This document shows, in pieces, positions 1-13,535 of a DNA stretch of 64,000 nt. Position 1 is the first letter of the stretch. Each line of letters opens with the position of its first letter. This stretch comes from Tubulanus polymorphus (Eukaryota; Animalia; Nemertea): positions 4,960,001-5,024,000 of the forward strand of contig NC_134025.1 in assembly GCF_964204645.1 (NCBI RefSeq). Reading direction: 5' to 3'. Below the pieces are notes generated by a model, which searched no databases, was not told the origin of the DNA, and saw nothing but the letters and a program-made list of their open reading frames with translations. The position numbers were made by a program, and so were the translations under genes.

Positions 1-384
1 GTTCAGAATAAGTATTTCTACAAATGCGAGTTCAACACGACACCGACCAATCAGATTCTTTGCACTTGGGAATATAACACTCATCGTGGCATATCCGTAT
101 TTGGAACATGACACATACAGCAATCAAAGAAAACATTGACATTGTGAAATTTCATGCCAAATGTCAGAGTATCACGCGAAAAGAAGCAAATAGCGAATAA
201 TAATCATTTATTAAGATATCTATTCAGATATAAATATTGATATTTACAAGTAGATTACAATGTATTTACATTCAGATCCATACGTGCATATATACAACGT
301 AATTAGCACGTACCAAATAAACATATTAAATTTCATTTGAAGTCAAAACAAATCGTTCCAAACGCTTAATTGACAGTACGAAAC

Positions 385-1971
385 TTATTGATATTTCAAA
401 AGTCCTTCTCGCACTAAAACTTGAATTTTCGATTGGATCGACGGTTTCTTTTGATGTAATATCCTGAAAATTGAAAAATAATTTTGCATGTATTTCACCC
501 AAGTAGCCTTAATACTTCATACTTCATACATTCTCACAACGCAAGTGCATGGGCTTACCGCTGAGCCTCAGTAGGATCTTCCCGTAAGAGTTTGAATAGC
601 TGCTGAATTTCAGGATCAGCGAGAACTTCTTTCACCTCAGGTTTCGATAGAATTTCATTCATCTTGTCTTCGTCTTTCTGCGTTGGCTGATTCGGATTTG
701 TAGAGCTCCTAACTTGAATATCTGCAGTCCCATCTCGTTGCATGGAAGAGGATACAGTACTCTGAGCCTGGCTTTCTGATAAGCCGGTGAAGTGATTGCC
801 TGAAATAAATTTTAGAATACAGTAACAACTTCTACGCGCTAACTCTTCATAAATATCTTACTTATTCGAAAAACCAATTAATGTTTGAAATTGGTCAAAA
901 TTTACCTTGAAGTTATTGAAACACGATGAGTATAAAAGACGAAACATACCCAACAGACCACAAAATTCTTTAAAGAATTTTTGAACCTCTTCATCATTTC
1001 TATATTTCCACATCGCTTCTTGTGGATTTGTCTGGAATTCATTCATAGCCTCAGAAATCTTAGGATCAGTAATTTGCGAACAAAGAAGTGGATTTTTTTC
1101 GACACTCTCCAGCAGATTATCCGTAATCCATTCTGAAAATAATCATTCAAAGCTACTTCAAATCTCTAGTACTGTATCAAAAAACTTCAAATCCAAAGAA
1201 TTACCTACCTTTGTTGCTTAGAAGTCCTTGACTGGCTTGCATGGCTGCTTGGACTTCTGGCATTTCATATTTTGACTCTTTAGTTTCTTGTTTTGCTTTG
1301 ATAAACGGAATGTTATCTTTTTCAACGGATTTCTTTGGTTTGGGTTTAGTCGAAGAGGATGAACTTAGTAAAAATCCTTTCTTCATGCCAGCAAATCCTG
1401 CGCTTCTGTCTTTCTTTACCGTACACGGTTTGCTATTCATCTCCACATCATTAGAAGATTTATCCTGAATATGGATAAAGATATGAGGTTAAAAAAAAAC
1501 TATGTTTTTTACGGTGGTGAAAAATCTTTAAAAAACATTAGTTAAAAACCAACTGGAATAGAAGAGGCTGTCATTGTTTCCTTCTTCTTCTGAGCATCCA
1601 TCTGTGCTTTCGAAGTATCGTGGACAGCTAAAACCTGTTTCAAGGTTTCTGTCATATCTTCCAAAGGAGGTACTAAAACCAAAAATAAGTTAAAAGTATT
1701 AAATGATGATAGTGAATAGCTTTACGCGTGTTTTGCAATTTATGAACGAATAAATACAAATTTGTATTGAATTTAATAGTGTGTAAATATATCATTCTAT
1801 TGTTTTTCTATTCTTTAAAAAAGTCACAAATTAATTAAAACTTTAACCAATACCACGATCTACATGTTATCATGATCTGACATGCATACTGAGGCATCTA
1901 AGATTATATGAAAGCCATAGGAAATAGATATTTAAGTTACCATCGTCAATTTCTTCAACCATGGTCGCCAT
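385..1971 (-). CDS. STI1/DP-repeat (HOP C-terminal-like) domain protein without TPRs, about 302 aa, 6 exons
   Basis: Exons 1971-1941, 1672-1554, 1464-1209, 1132-950, 799-559, 463-385, all GT-AG, total 909 nt, open frame. Protein: MATMVEEIDDVPPLEDM...FAGMKKGFL...ITDPKISEAMNEFQTNPQEAMWKYRNDEEVQKFF...LSKPEVKEVLADPEIQQLFKLLREDPTEAQRILHQKKPSIQSKIQVLVREGLLKYQ*. It has two STI1-like DP helical modules and a HOP-like KIxxLxxxGLL ending. AATAAA on the minus strand near 206. Confidence 0.8.
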
Positions 1972-2126
1972 ATTTAAACAAATCCTCGAGACCGGTTCCA
2001 TACGAAAGGCCGTTCCGAAACCCCCTGCCAGCAAGTAGGGAAAACCAGCTAGGGCCTTTCATCTAAAGGTCGTTGCGCGTGTTGTTGGTATTTTCAAAAA
2101 TAAATTTTAGGGTTGGCTACAAAACC
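1972..2126. promoter_or_regulatory. Very short bidirectional promoter and 5' UTR region between the STI1-domain gene and RBM48
   Basis: The divergent ATGs (1971 on -, 2127 on +) are separated by only 155 bp, and the interval is locally richer in GC and CpG. Confidence 0.65.
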
Positions 2127-3933
2127 ATGTCAAATGTCGATGATGATCCATTCTTACTACATGAAAGAGATGCAATATGCACAACAAGGAAAAGATACAG
2201 AGACGGGCGAAGAAGCACTGCTGTCAAGGTTTGTCCTGTATAGCGTGTGACTTGTTTTTAAGTCAAAGAAAATAGAAAATAACTAAACTGTTCTTGTCAT
2301 TTACCCGACCGACATATTTGTAATAGAAGAGAACAGAAGTAACAATTTCAATACAATTACCGGTACATAAAGTTGAAGTTTAGTATGATAAGATGATTTT
2401 GAAAGATATAAAATTTCATTTTCTTCGCTTATAATGCTTAAACCTAGTCAGTAACCTGTCTGGTTTAGTTAGTATCACGATCGGATATTTTCACAAACCT
2501 CACATTGGTATAAGCTCATTCGATTATAAAAAGCTAACCACCAATTAGGTAACTAACTAGCTTAAACCCAAATATGTATTCTCTTCTACTTTCAGGTTTA
2601 TACAGTAAATCAAGAATCAAAATATTTACTTGTGCAGGGGGTTCCTTCTCTTGGTATTCATGAGGAACTGATCAAGTTGTTTGCCTTGTACGGACCTATC
2701 ATTGAATACAGAATATTAGACGACTTTCCAAAGGATGATAAATTTACTGACGTTTACTGGATACAATTTAAAGAGATCAATGCAGCAAGGTGAGATATTC
2801 AATAGGTATCAATGATTATTAAACTTCCTTTTACTGGTAGGTAAATCATAGGTATTTGCCTATGATTTTCTGTGATTATATGAATTAAGCAAGTAATATT
2901 GATTCTACATTTCTGTATTCTTTTTTAAAGAATTGCAAAACGAAAAATGGATGACTTCAGTTTTTATGGCAGTGTTCTGCATGTTTGCTATTGTCCCGAG
3001 TATGAATCACCTCAAGATACCCGCCAAAAGTTACAAGAGCGTCGTAAAGCCATCGCAGCTCGTGTACGAAAATTAAGTAAGTAGACAAAATATTTTCTGG
3101 TAATGATCTCTGTCATCGCATAAGTATAATGTTGTCTTAATGCATGAGTATATACTTTACATTGAATTACAGAAAATGAACAAGGTGAATCATCCAAATT
3201 ATTGGAGGGAAGACCGCAGGCTGCCAGTATCAGAAAACCATCAACTCAAACAAGTGCCTCATTCATGTTAGAAACTGAATCCGAACAATTTTCTGTGGTT
3301 CCAACAGTTGTGTATGATGAAAAGCAATCTACAAGCGTTGATTATGATCTGATTCCTCCGAGATTGCCTCCACCACCCATGGAATACCAACAGCAGAATA
3401 TCAGGCAGTCTAAACAAACGAATGTACGGAAGAAATTTTCTCCATGGTCATTGATCGATGACTATAAATCAATACAGGATGAACCCGCAACTGTGCAAAA
3501 GCCTTCTCAACCGCAGATCAAACCGTCTGATGTTGTGGTGAAAACAAATAACTCACAAAAATTCACTGCTAAACCTAAATTTGTTCCGAGGCAAACAATT
3601 AAAAAAATCCGTGATTCGAACATTCCTGTACGATCAACTAAACCTGATCATTCACTAGATGAAGAAATTCGGAAGAATGCTTTTATTTTGGGTAAAAGGA
3701 CCGGGCCACAGAATAAAAGCCATGGCTCCGATTCAGTGCTACCGAGTGATACAGTTCAAATAGACCCAATGGAGGAAACTCGATTGAAAATACGTGAAAG
3801 ATTAAAACAGGTAGCGATTTTAGCCTTCTGAGAAATCTTTCTCAGCTTTCGAATAAGATGTTTGTGAATTTTGTTTTTTCAATTTCAGTTTACGGATTCA
3901 AAAATTCTACAAAAACGTTTAAAGACTTCATAA
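2127..3933 (+). CDS. RBM48: RNA-binding protein 48 (RRM; minor spliceosome component), about 374 aa, 5 exons
   Basis: Exons 2127-2228, 2596-2789, 2931-3076, 3173-3810, 3889-3933 (1125 nt, open frame). Family signature CTTRKRYRDGRRSTAVK|VYTVNQESKYLLVQGVPSLG...LFALYGPIIEYRILDDFP...AAR|IAKRKMDDFSFYGSVLHVCYCPEYESPQDTRQKLQERR, with C-terminal KIRERLK. AATAAA at about 3980. Confidence 0.92.
2446..2560 (+). repeat. Dispersed repeat of about 115 bp, copy 1 (RBM48 intron 1)
   Basis: AGTCAGTAACCTG...CACGATCGGATATTTTCACAAACC...CGATTATAAAAAGCT...TTAGGTAACTAACTAG recurs at about 35680-35795. Confidence 0.75.
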
Positions 3934-4739
3934 GGAACAGCTTTTCATAATTTTCTCTTTCTCTACATTATAGACTTGAAATAAAATTATTTTTATATTT
4001 ATTTGTCGAATTTGTTTTCATATTTCAAGAGTGAAATGTATGTAGAGTCAAACCTACTCTTCATCATCGACCACAAGTCCCTAGATTACTATACTAAACC
4101 TTAACCAACAATCATAAGTGCATGTATAATTTTAAATAACAGATGATTTTATTTTCACACATGGTTTGAACATTTTATACACTTGATTTTGATATTTAGT
4201 TCAAAGAGATTTCAATTCGTACATTTTATAACATAACTGTAACATCACTGAAAAATATTTTTGTAGGTCCTCATCCATTCGTTAGATTGGAAAATTACTT
4301 TTCACCTCTTACACATTTTCAATCATTATTATGTACACCCTACCCTTCCAACCTTAAATCTATGTAATAAATGGATGACCTATTTAGAAAGGACAACCTA
4401 ATCTAAGTGCCTTCCTTTAAACATCAAAGTAATGACACTAAGGTAAATAGTTGACAACAACACATTTTATTAGCTTCCCCATAATAAGCATGAGAACAAC
4501 ACAAATCATCAACAATCTTACTCGGTTATGAATATCCATAGAAAAAGATAGAATTTACAGATTTACACACTAAACATGATTTTTCTTTCTTATTTCTCAC
4601 CAGAAATATGTGACTCATAGAAAAATATAACACACATACCATATGTACATATATTTCTCATGAGAAATGTGTAAGAAATGTATGCATGTACGTCACCACT
4701 ATTTGTTTTTCATTCATGACCAAACGCCCCATGAAATAG

Positions 4740-4868
4740 CAGCCATATTCATAAAAGCTTTCTTACTAAGTCAGTAAATAACTCAGTAGTTAATGTAGTT
4801 AAAGTATACATAGGTACTAAGGAACTTAGCAAGAAACCAGACTTAGTGAGGTTTCATGAGTACGGCTG
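4740..4868. mobile_element. Short palindromic MITE-like element in the putative SENP 3' UTR
   Basis: Imperfect terminal inverted repeats CAGCCATATTCATAAAAG / GTTTCATGAGTACGGCTG, with inner inverted ACTAAGTC / GACTTAGT. Confidence 0.5.
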
Positions 4869-5406
4869 TTGGTTCCTGTTAAGGGAAGCAAACTGATAAA
4901 CCAAGTGTATCTATTCCATGCAGCATTGTAACTTCGTCTGTCCCACAAAGGTAAGTAAATGCAAGATCTCAAAGCTATCATGCCTCAAGTCTTTATTGTC
5001 CATTAAACAATGCATATTCATAGATCCACAGACTCTAAAACGAAGAGTCCATGATAGAACATAAGGGTAGGGTAAGTGGTGTATTTGTAAAACACATACC
5101 GGTAATATGAATTAAATAAATGCAGACAGACATCAGAAATAATGTATTACATAATTATAATAATGCACGTTGACCCTGCTTATACAATGATTACACCAAT
5201 GTTGTCCGCTAACTATTATTTCGAACAAACTGATGAGAATTATCGTATGTAAATAGAGACAGTATAAGATCACAAACCTATATACATGCCGGTTAAGAGA
5301 AATTACGATGCACTTACTGTTTTGTTTTGACAATTGGACGACATTTGACTAGCCACATTGAAATCAGGCATGGCCCAATAAGTAGTAATATCAATGATTA
5401 AAATGT

Positions 5407-8400
5407 TCACTTATTTTGTCCTTTCGCATTTTTTTTACCATATTTCTCCTGTAATTCTAACAGTAAATTACGTAGGTATTCGCGCTTTTTCTGTGCCTTC
5501 TCTAAAGCAAACCATTGTTCCAATCCTTTCAGTGGGAAGAAGAAATTCGTGATTGGATTCTGAAATGGTAATTGCAAAGAATGATGAATAAACAAGCATC
5601 AAATATCATGGAATCTTTTCTGGAAATCATGGTTTCCTGTATTGGTGTTAACTAGGAGCTGTTCGACGATTCGACTCCAAAATATCGGAGCATGAATAAC
5701 TTATCTTATTATACAAACCTCAAAGAATGATTCCACATATTGAAGTACATATATACCACAATCACTGTAGTTAGTTTGCTGTGGTACATTTGCACAATAA
5801 CCAAACATAGTTTTATTATCAAATACTCGTGCTCCTTCCGCTGTAGCTTTTTTGGTGTCCCATTCAACTTGAATATACCTATAGGAAAAAAAATCAAATT
5901 AATACAGGTACTACAAAATTTGATTTTATTTGAGCTCCATCTCTAACAAAATTTACTAACCCTCGAAGAATTTTCATGACATTGCATCGTAGCGAACATT
6001 TCAGGGAATCCATTATCAAAATGCAAGACCTATAGATATGAATACAACATACCATAATGACATTTTGGGAGTAAGCAACATAGCAAATACATAAATGAAG
6101 AAATCCGACATATATTTACCGTTTACTGGCTCTACGGAATGTTCTTACAGCTTCATTAGAAACTAATGATGTATCTGCATCAGTCATCTGATCATCACTG
6201 AGTGATTCCTCAAGTTTATCCACCTCTTCTTCATCAGCGGGATCATTTTCCTCCTCTTCTTCTTCATCATCCTTTACAGAAACAAAATAATTGAATATTC
6301 AGCACTCAGTTGATCGGTATTTCTCCCTCCAAACCGTAAATTCTGTACCAACCTGATCAGTTTCCATCGGTTGTTCGGGTTTCACTTCAAGGGCAGCAGT
6401 TTCAGCGGCAGCAATGACGACAGGAGGTAGAGGCTCCTGAAAAACGGAAGTAAATCATCCGACTGTCATTTCATTATTTCATACCAACAAAACCCATTAT
6501 TTTTTCAAACTTCCTTCAAACATACCTTTACTTCTGAAGAGCTAATCTCAGGATTAACCGAGAGTAGACACTCAACTTCTTTTGGGTGAACTTCACTCAC
6601 GACGACTGGCTCCATCAATGACGGGAAACAAATTATGGCTAGATACCAATGAGCACTAGAAAAATATAGTGATTTTTGTCCATCTTAACTAGATTATTAG
6701 AACTTATGTTGAGGCACTTTTATCTCAAGGCTTTAGAATTAACTTACTTTTCATTTATGGGAATAATGAGGTAATCTTTGCTAAATATGTCCACCTTGCG
6801 AGTCCACTGCTTCACACGACCATGTCTTCTTACCATTAACCTTAAGCACCATAGATTTAAGAGAATTCAGCAAAAAAACAGACAAACAAAGAAAACAAAC
6901 CCAGCGACAAGAGTTCTTGGCTCAGGCTTGAATCTGTCATCACTGACATAGCAAGAGGCACTCAGTCAGTTCCCATTGCATTTTGGATATATTGTATCTA
7001 GGGCGATAGCTAAATTTTGTCTACATAACTTTTCAAAAATTTCAACCCCCGTTCCCCAGTTATGAAGTTATCTTCAAGGTCATGTTGCAGAAAGAAGAGA
7101 GTTTTTAGTGCCTAGTTCTGCCGCTAGATGGCCCGCTTGTTCCATTCTTCGGACTGCACAACTAGACCCCGATACTACCATTGTACCCAAGTTTCATCAA
7201 GATCGACCCACTTTCAAAAAGGCTAAGTCGCCGAAACGGAAGCCCGAGTCTCATAACGGAAGCCCGAGATTGATAACAAATGCACGCCACCAGCATTCGA
7301 TACGTACGACAGGTTTGTATCTTCTTTTCCTTTCTGTGGTTTCTGTGTTAGCCTCTTATAAAAGAATGAGCTAAATATGTGTGTTTTTGCACGTACTTCT
7401 TCCGATAATTTTTCCATCAGGAAATACCTAAAATGAAATACATGTATCACAATAATTCAGTACTGAACACGTCAAGTAAGTACACAATCAATCGATAACT
7501 TAATCTTACTTCAGGTAGAAGTCAATGATGACATCGTTCAGAAATTCTAATTCGTTTAAGCAGTTTAGATCTTCATTTGTAACTGTGATAGCTCCGGTGG
7601 CCGGCGGAGGTGGATACGTGAACAATCTAAAAATAATTTAATCACCGGTAACTATCAAGGATAATTAATGTTCTCATTGCGACATTCGTAGTTGAATCTT
7701 ATCATCCTCCTCTGGCAGGGATTCGAGCCTGATCGCATCGACATTGCCACGACGGGTTTTCCCATCTAAAGTTCTTCCGTGAAATTTCCCTCGACGACTA
7801 TAGGACGAGCAATCTGATTGGTGCCGCAAATTTTTGTGCTGCAAAGCTGCGCATGTACCTGCACACCCGGTCTACTGTGACAGGGGTTTGTGCCGTGGCT
7901 GAGTGTAGCGATGCCATCAGGTTCGAATCCCTGCCGAGGGAGGATGGAATCTCGTGAACTTATGTACATACTTATACATGGGAACTGAGGAATTCGACTT
8001 GGAATCCAAATGAGATTCGGCAGACGCAGAACTTGCTCCTGTTTGAAGTCTTGTACGAATAGTTGGTGTTTGAGGAGATGCTATCAGTTTGTCTACACCA
8101 GACGTCATGTACAAAATATGATTCATAAAGTCAGCGTCAACGCTTTCCAATATCTTCTTGCCTTGACCACGTTTTTCCGTAATAATTTCATTAAGCAATG
8201 CCAACGCATTAGACTGAACTGTGTCAAGACCGTTTGTCAAGATGAAAATTATCCTTTTATGAGCTTGATCTGCAGAGAAATAACATGTCATATGTGATAA
8301 ATATCTTGTTGCGGTAATGAAAGACGACCAGATCAACGACGTTTGGGGTACGATCAACATACTTGGAGAATCCGGATCGTACCAATGTTGATCACCAATT

Positions 8401-11400
8401 TTCATTTTCATTGCAGTGCGAATTTTTTGCGTAGCCGACGGGATCAACAGCAAGGCGATTGATGGAAACGACCTCGCATTGCAAAATTCCACTTTAACAA
8501 TTTCATCAGTTTTTATCAACAGTCGGTGGTTACGATTTTCCCCTGACAAAGACACAAAATCATCTTTCACAATCGAAAGCGAATCTATCGAACGAAGCTG
8601 AATATTTTACTTTTACTTACAAGTTATAACAAATCGACAACTAAACTTATCCAGGGAAACGAAATCATTAGACGAACAGTTTGCTGTACCGATTCGAATC
8701 GATCGACACGTAAAAACACAAACTGGATTTGATGCCACTGCGCTGGTGACTACTAGATCCGCATCATTCATCGTCAATTTTGCCGCATTCAACCTTGGTT
8801 TCTTCGAACAAGGAATATTTCCAGTCTGAAAAAATTAAATCGGGAATCAACGTGAATGCATCTTGAATTTTCGCATTACTTGCATTCAGACATAGGCCTA
8901 TAATATACTATAGATCCATGGAGTAATGATAACGAATAAAAGACCTGTTTTTCTATACATATTTGTAACTTCAAAAGATGGTAACAGGCCAAATACCTGA
9001 TCTTCCATTCGTTGGCGGCGGTTGAGTTGAATTGGAGGAGAAGGACACGGTGATTCACTCATACTAGGAAGCCTTGATGAACACGGGGATTCACCTACGC
9101 TAGGCATACAAGATACGTCAACATTCTGACTGGTATTCGATACAGAAGTATTTGAAAACACTGATGAATGATCTTCGTTGTCTTCATCTTCATCGGATGA
9201 GATTGTGACCATTTCTAAATTCAATGAATTAATAATATATCAAAAGCAAAGCTTGCATAATACAGGGAACTTCTTTATAACGAACTCGGATATTTCGATT
9301 TATCAGATATAACAAATTTCGTCCCAAATAGGTAAATCAATTAATTTCATACTGGGTATACAGTAATCCTGGTCCCAACTGTACCAGTTTAGGCGTGGTT
9401 TTCTGTACAACTACACACATTTTAATTGCCTATTTCTCAAATTTAGAGGAGTCTAGGGCATTCAAATTAAAGGAGATTCGAACACCTTTAAAAGCATTTT
9501 CCGTTTAAAAGGAGTTTTAAAGGAATGAATCAAGGAGTTGTAGGAACCCTGGATATGCACCTGGTTTGGCTGGCTCATTGCGAACAGCCATCGACTTGTT
9601 TTTCAATCGTCCACCATTCAGTATTGCTTTTGTCATCTTCTGCTGTTGTTGCTGCAGTTTACTCGTGTAAAACTTCTTCTTGTCGACTTCAATACTGCTC
9701 CGTATGACCCACTTACAATCCGGTGTTAAAGGCTTCTTGCATGCATCACAACTAACATAATTTTGACTCGCGCATCCACAATTTTTACACAAACAATTCA
9801 CGCGTTCACCGGGCAGCACTTTCATGTTAGCAGGAGGAGTTCTTTTAGAGACACTGATTTGACCACTGCCGGAGCTGCTCTGACTCGAGACTGAAATATC
9901 AAAAAATATCAAACTGATAATTAATGGCTTGCCCGATTTCATTTGCCAACAATTTATAATCTAAATTTTAAAAAGCCTTTCCCATTGATAAGTCAATACA
10001 GACTAAGTCTTGGCGAGTGAGCATTCAAAAGCTGTCTTACCAAGTGGACTCCTTAGAGACAAAATGATACTCTGATTCTTGCCAGTTTTTATGGTGGGGT
10101 TTTGATGGATTGATTGCCTGAAACAAATCAAACTTGCATGTAATAAAATGCAAGATTTAGTCCAAGTACCTTAAACATGAGAAATACATATACCGTACCT
10201 TTCCAAAGGCCCATACTTGTTTTCAGCATGCTTCCAATTTCTTGAAGATAATAAATTTTGATTTGGCGAACTAGAAAAAACAGGAATGTAAATAGTATCC
10301 CAAATAAAGATGTTCTTAATCAAAGGCAGACACAAATTACAAACTACTATTTTTGTATGTAATTTGGAAGCATCAATTAAGGAGTTTGCACAGTAACAAT
10401 AATTAAATGCAATACCTCGCTGCCTGGTCCGTTCCACCAGTTGAATGAATTCCAGTCGCGTTATCTTGGGAATTATTTTTACCCCCTCCAGAAATCTTAG
10501 ATACTCGAACTGCAATAATTAAGACGAATACTTCGCATTGAAATCCAGAATGACACACATACATGTATATATTGCTGAGAATGAACGTAATATGTAATAG
10601 AATTTTCATTCCTTCCGGGAGATTGAACATATTAAATCGTATGCATTCTTTCATATTTAATACAACTCGATTTCAGATTTTGCATGAAAATTTTAAAAGA
10701 ATATGCTATTGAATGTTTTAAAACGTATATCAACATACCAGGGTTTTGTATAATGCCATCACTAATATTTCTCTGCGGCAATAGAATATATTCGGAATTC
10801 TGCAGTTTTACGTACGGTCGGCCATACTGATCCTGAAACAATTCAGCATTAATCCGCTGGTTGGGACCATCTCCACTTGCCGCGCACTTAACATTATTCA
10901 CCACAAGCTTTCCTACAGCAGGGGACTGTATCTGTTCAACAGATTTATCACTATTGTCACTTGTGCCGTTGTCTATTAAGGAAGAGTTTGCACTGGCAGC
11001 ATCACGCGTTTCAGTAGTTTTATTAATCACTTGACCACCGACTGAGATTTGCCGCGTGCCCGGTGTGTATATCAGTGTTTGTAGTTCACTCGTTGGCTGC
11101 TGCTGCTGCGGTTTCACTAAACGAACTGAACTCACAGCTTGATTCGATACAATAGCATACTGCTGCTGCTGCTGCTGCACGCCTTGTTTCAATACGGATT
11201 TCGCCACGTTCAAAGTTTGAGTTTTGTGCCATAAAGATGACGGCGTCGAAGCTCTAGGTGATTTGAACCGAGAATTTCCGGCCACCGGCGAATGTGCTTT
11301 GACTTTCGGATGAGCAAAAAGAGCATGATTAATGATACTCGTCGGCGTCGTTGTTCGAACGTTTGATCCGTTTAACGAAGTGTTGGTATCAATTAATACG

Positions 11401-13535
11401 CTCGCTCCACCTTGTTGTGACTGTACAACACTAGCTCCCTCACTCAACAATGGACTATTTTGAGCTTGAATCGGTACGGACACTGTAATCGGCGCGGTGG
11501 AATTTGAATTCATCGGCAGAATAATAGTTCGCTGTACTTGTTGCGGCTGAGGTATAGGATTGACCAGTTTCAAATTCGACGCAATCAACGTCGTCTCCGC
11601 AGTTGGAGGAACTGCTGGCGTGTTGATAATACGTTCGACTAATTCAGCATTATTCGATGTTGAGATTTGCTGCGGTGTAAAGACAACATTCGATTCCTGT
11701 TCGCTGCCCACAGAAGGCGATGAATTATCAACTTGTAGCGCATCCGCTCCGACAACATTTTCAACGCTGTTACATTCAGAATTCATCGAGGACTGTTCAT
11801 CTTGTGATGTCTCGTGACCAGACATCTCGGTACCGGACTGATGAACTTCCACCGAGTACTGATCCTGTGAATTTGTTCTAAGCGCTTCGTCGAATAATCT
11901 ATAGTCATCATACGAGATATAAAACACTTCGCCATTTTGCATGTATTTTATATACTGCGTCCCATTGAGAACCTGAAAAATAAACTTAGCTTTTAACACA
12001 GCCTTTTGAATTGTCAACTCCAACTTACTAATAAATTCTAGCCGAGGTACATGAATTCTGAGGCAGTCAGTGCAGGGATAGGTTGTCATCACACAAAGAT
12101 AGTAAGAATTTAGTAATATATTGTCCAATGCACGTGATAATCAGAGACAATTGATACAGATGTAAACATGAGTCTACTGTAGCACATTGTAAAATTTAAA
12201 AACCTACCTCAACAGCTAATATATTACATTCATTTTCAGTATCTTGTTCCTCAACTGCTCCCGTAACAATCTCTACTTCAGAGCTGAAAATAGTATGTCA
12301 TCAAATTTATTGCCTATTAAAAACTTGAAAAACCTTTTAATTTAAACCTCATTTGTATGCCATAATCCAAATGTCTTTTGATTGGAGAGTATCTTATGTT
12401 GCCAATTTGAGGAAACAATTTTCAGATATGTTGCAATTTGCCTTCATTGCAATAGACAATCATCTATTAGGGCCCTATATCAATCAGCTATTTCTCGATT
12501 TAGAAGTCCTTCTGACCAAATTGAGGCATATCAAAAGAAGACCAGCCGATTAGCAATAAAATTATGGATCGATATATCACATTGAGACTAAAAGTGGTTA
12601 GGCTAGGGGATTTACCTGTTCTCATCGTGAGACGGCATCAGTTGTTGTACTGTAGTCGCTATATTCTCAGTTGGAAACTGATTTGATGTAGAACACCCTT
12701 TTTTCTGTTCTTCCATATGGTCAAGAGCTGCAGAAAAAAAGGGGAAATGTTGCACGAATCAACCTAACCTGAGAGCCAGAGGTGGTGTCTGTCTGTTAGG
12801 GCCCCGGGTTTTGGTAGTAGATCCAGGCCAGGGCTATGATAATGGTTACGGGAGTCTGTGAACAGAGTGCAACAGCTGTGGTTACGGAAGCCCAGTTAGC
12901 GCATGCCTTACGTAGTATAATTCTTACTTGTAATATTGGGATTGGAAACCAAAGCAAAAAACCAAGTGTTCGTCTGTATACCCACTGCATGCTTGATAAA
13001 ATTTAATTCATTTACAGCCAAATCATACCCTAAATCCTATTAATTCACCCATGCGCGTACATAGATATAGTATAGACTACCATAACCGTAGACAATTTGA
13101 TTTTATTTATAAAGATGTCGGCCAAAAGTTTTAGCCTTAACTAAATAATAAGCTTGAAATAATAATCATTATTATTGCTTCATCGACAAAATATCCACTG
13201 CCATAGACTAGTGTCAACATTTTAAGTTTTCAAAGATTCAACTCTATCAGTATCGACCGAGGGCCAAGTCCACGGAGAAGTATGCGTCGATCAGTCGATT
13301 GTCGGCTTCATTCGATTCTTCACGTCAGTCAGCCAGTCAAGACGTCAGTCTCATTCAATTCCAATCTCATTGACGGCTACGCTCAACTCGACAAGGCAAA
13401 AATGACAGCAGATTAAAAATGGAATACGCCACATATAAATATAAAAGGCGAATGAAACTTACCTTCGAACAAAGACATCGGTTTATTATTGATAGGAAGC
13501 TTATTGACGCTGGAATCCTCGCTTATATCGCACAT
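5407..13535 (-). CDS. SENP6: Sentrin/SUMO-specific protease, SENP6/SENP7 (Ulp2) subfamily, about 21 exons
   Basis: Approximate exons 13535-13463, 12727-12616, 12283-12208, 11972-10739, 10510-10417, 10270-10199, 10117-10040, 9890-9560, 9214-8997, 8825-8621, 8542-8363, 8270-7972, 7626-7510, 7427-7308, 6840-6748, 6655-6526, 6437-6353, 6271-6120, 6029-5961, 5878-5719, 5559-5407. C48 peptidase motifs: [85 protein letters not shown] (catalytic His), CILIMDSL (Asp), [22 protein letters not shown] (Gln/Cys). It has the acidic insertion splitting the catalytic domain typical of SENP6/7. The start could also be the in-frame ATG at 13478. Confidence 0.9.
7703..7946. mobile_element. MITE with TIRs of about 38 bp in a SENP intron (family A, copy 1)
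   Basis: The left end CATCCTCCTCTGGCAGGGATTCGAGCCTGATCGCATCG is nearly the reverse complement of the right end CGATGCCATCAGGTTCGAATCCCTGCCGAGGGAGGATG. A related copy lies at about 19113-19269. Confidence 0.75.

Noticed and set aside
7915-7940. tRNA gene suggested by GGTTCGAATCCC (also at about 19247)
   Set aside because: No cloverleaf, D-arm or anticodon arm. The motif is part of a MITE terminal inverted repeat.
9261-9408. Tc1/mariner (Tigger-like) MITE, TA-CAGGGAAC...TTCTG-TA
   Set aside because: The ends are too degenerate to pair convincingly without a family consensus.
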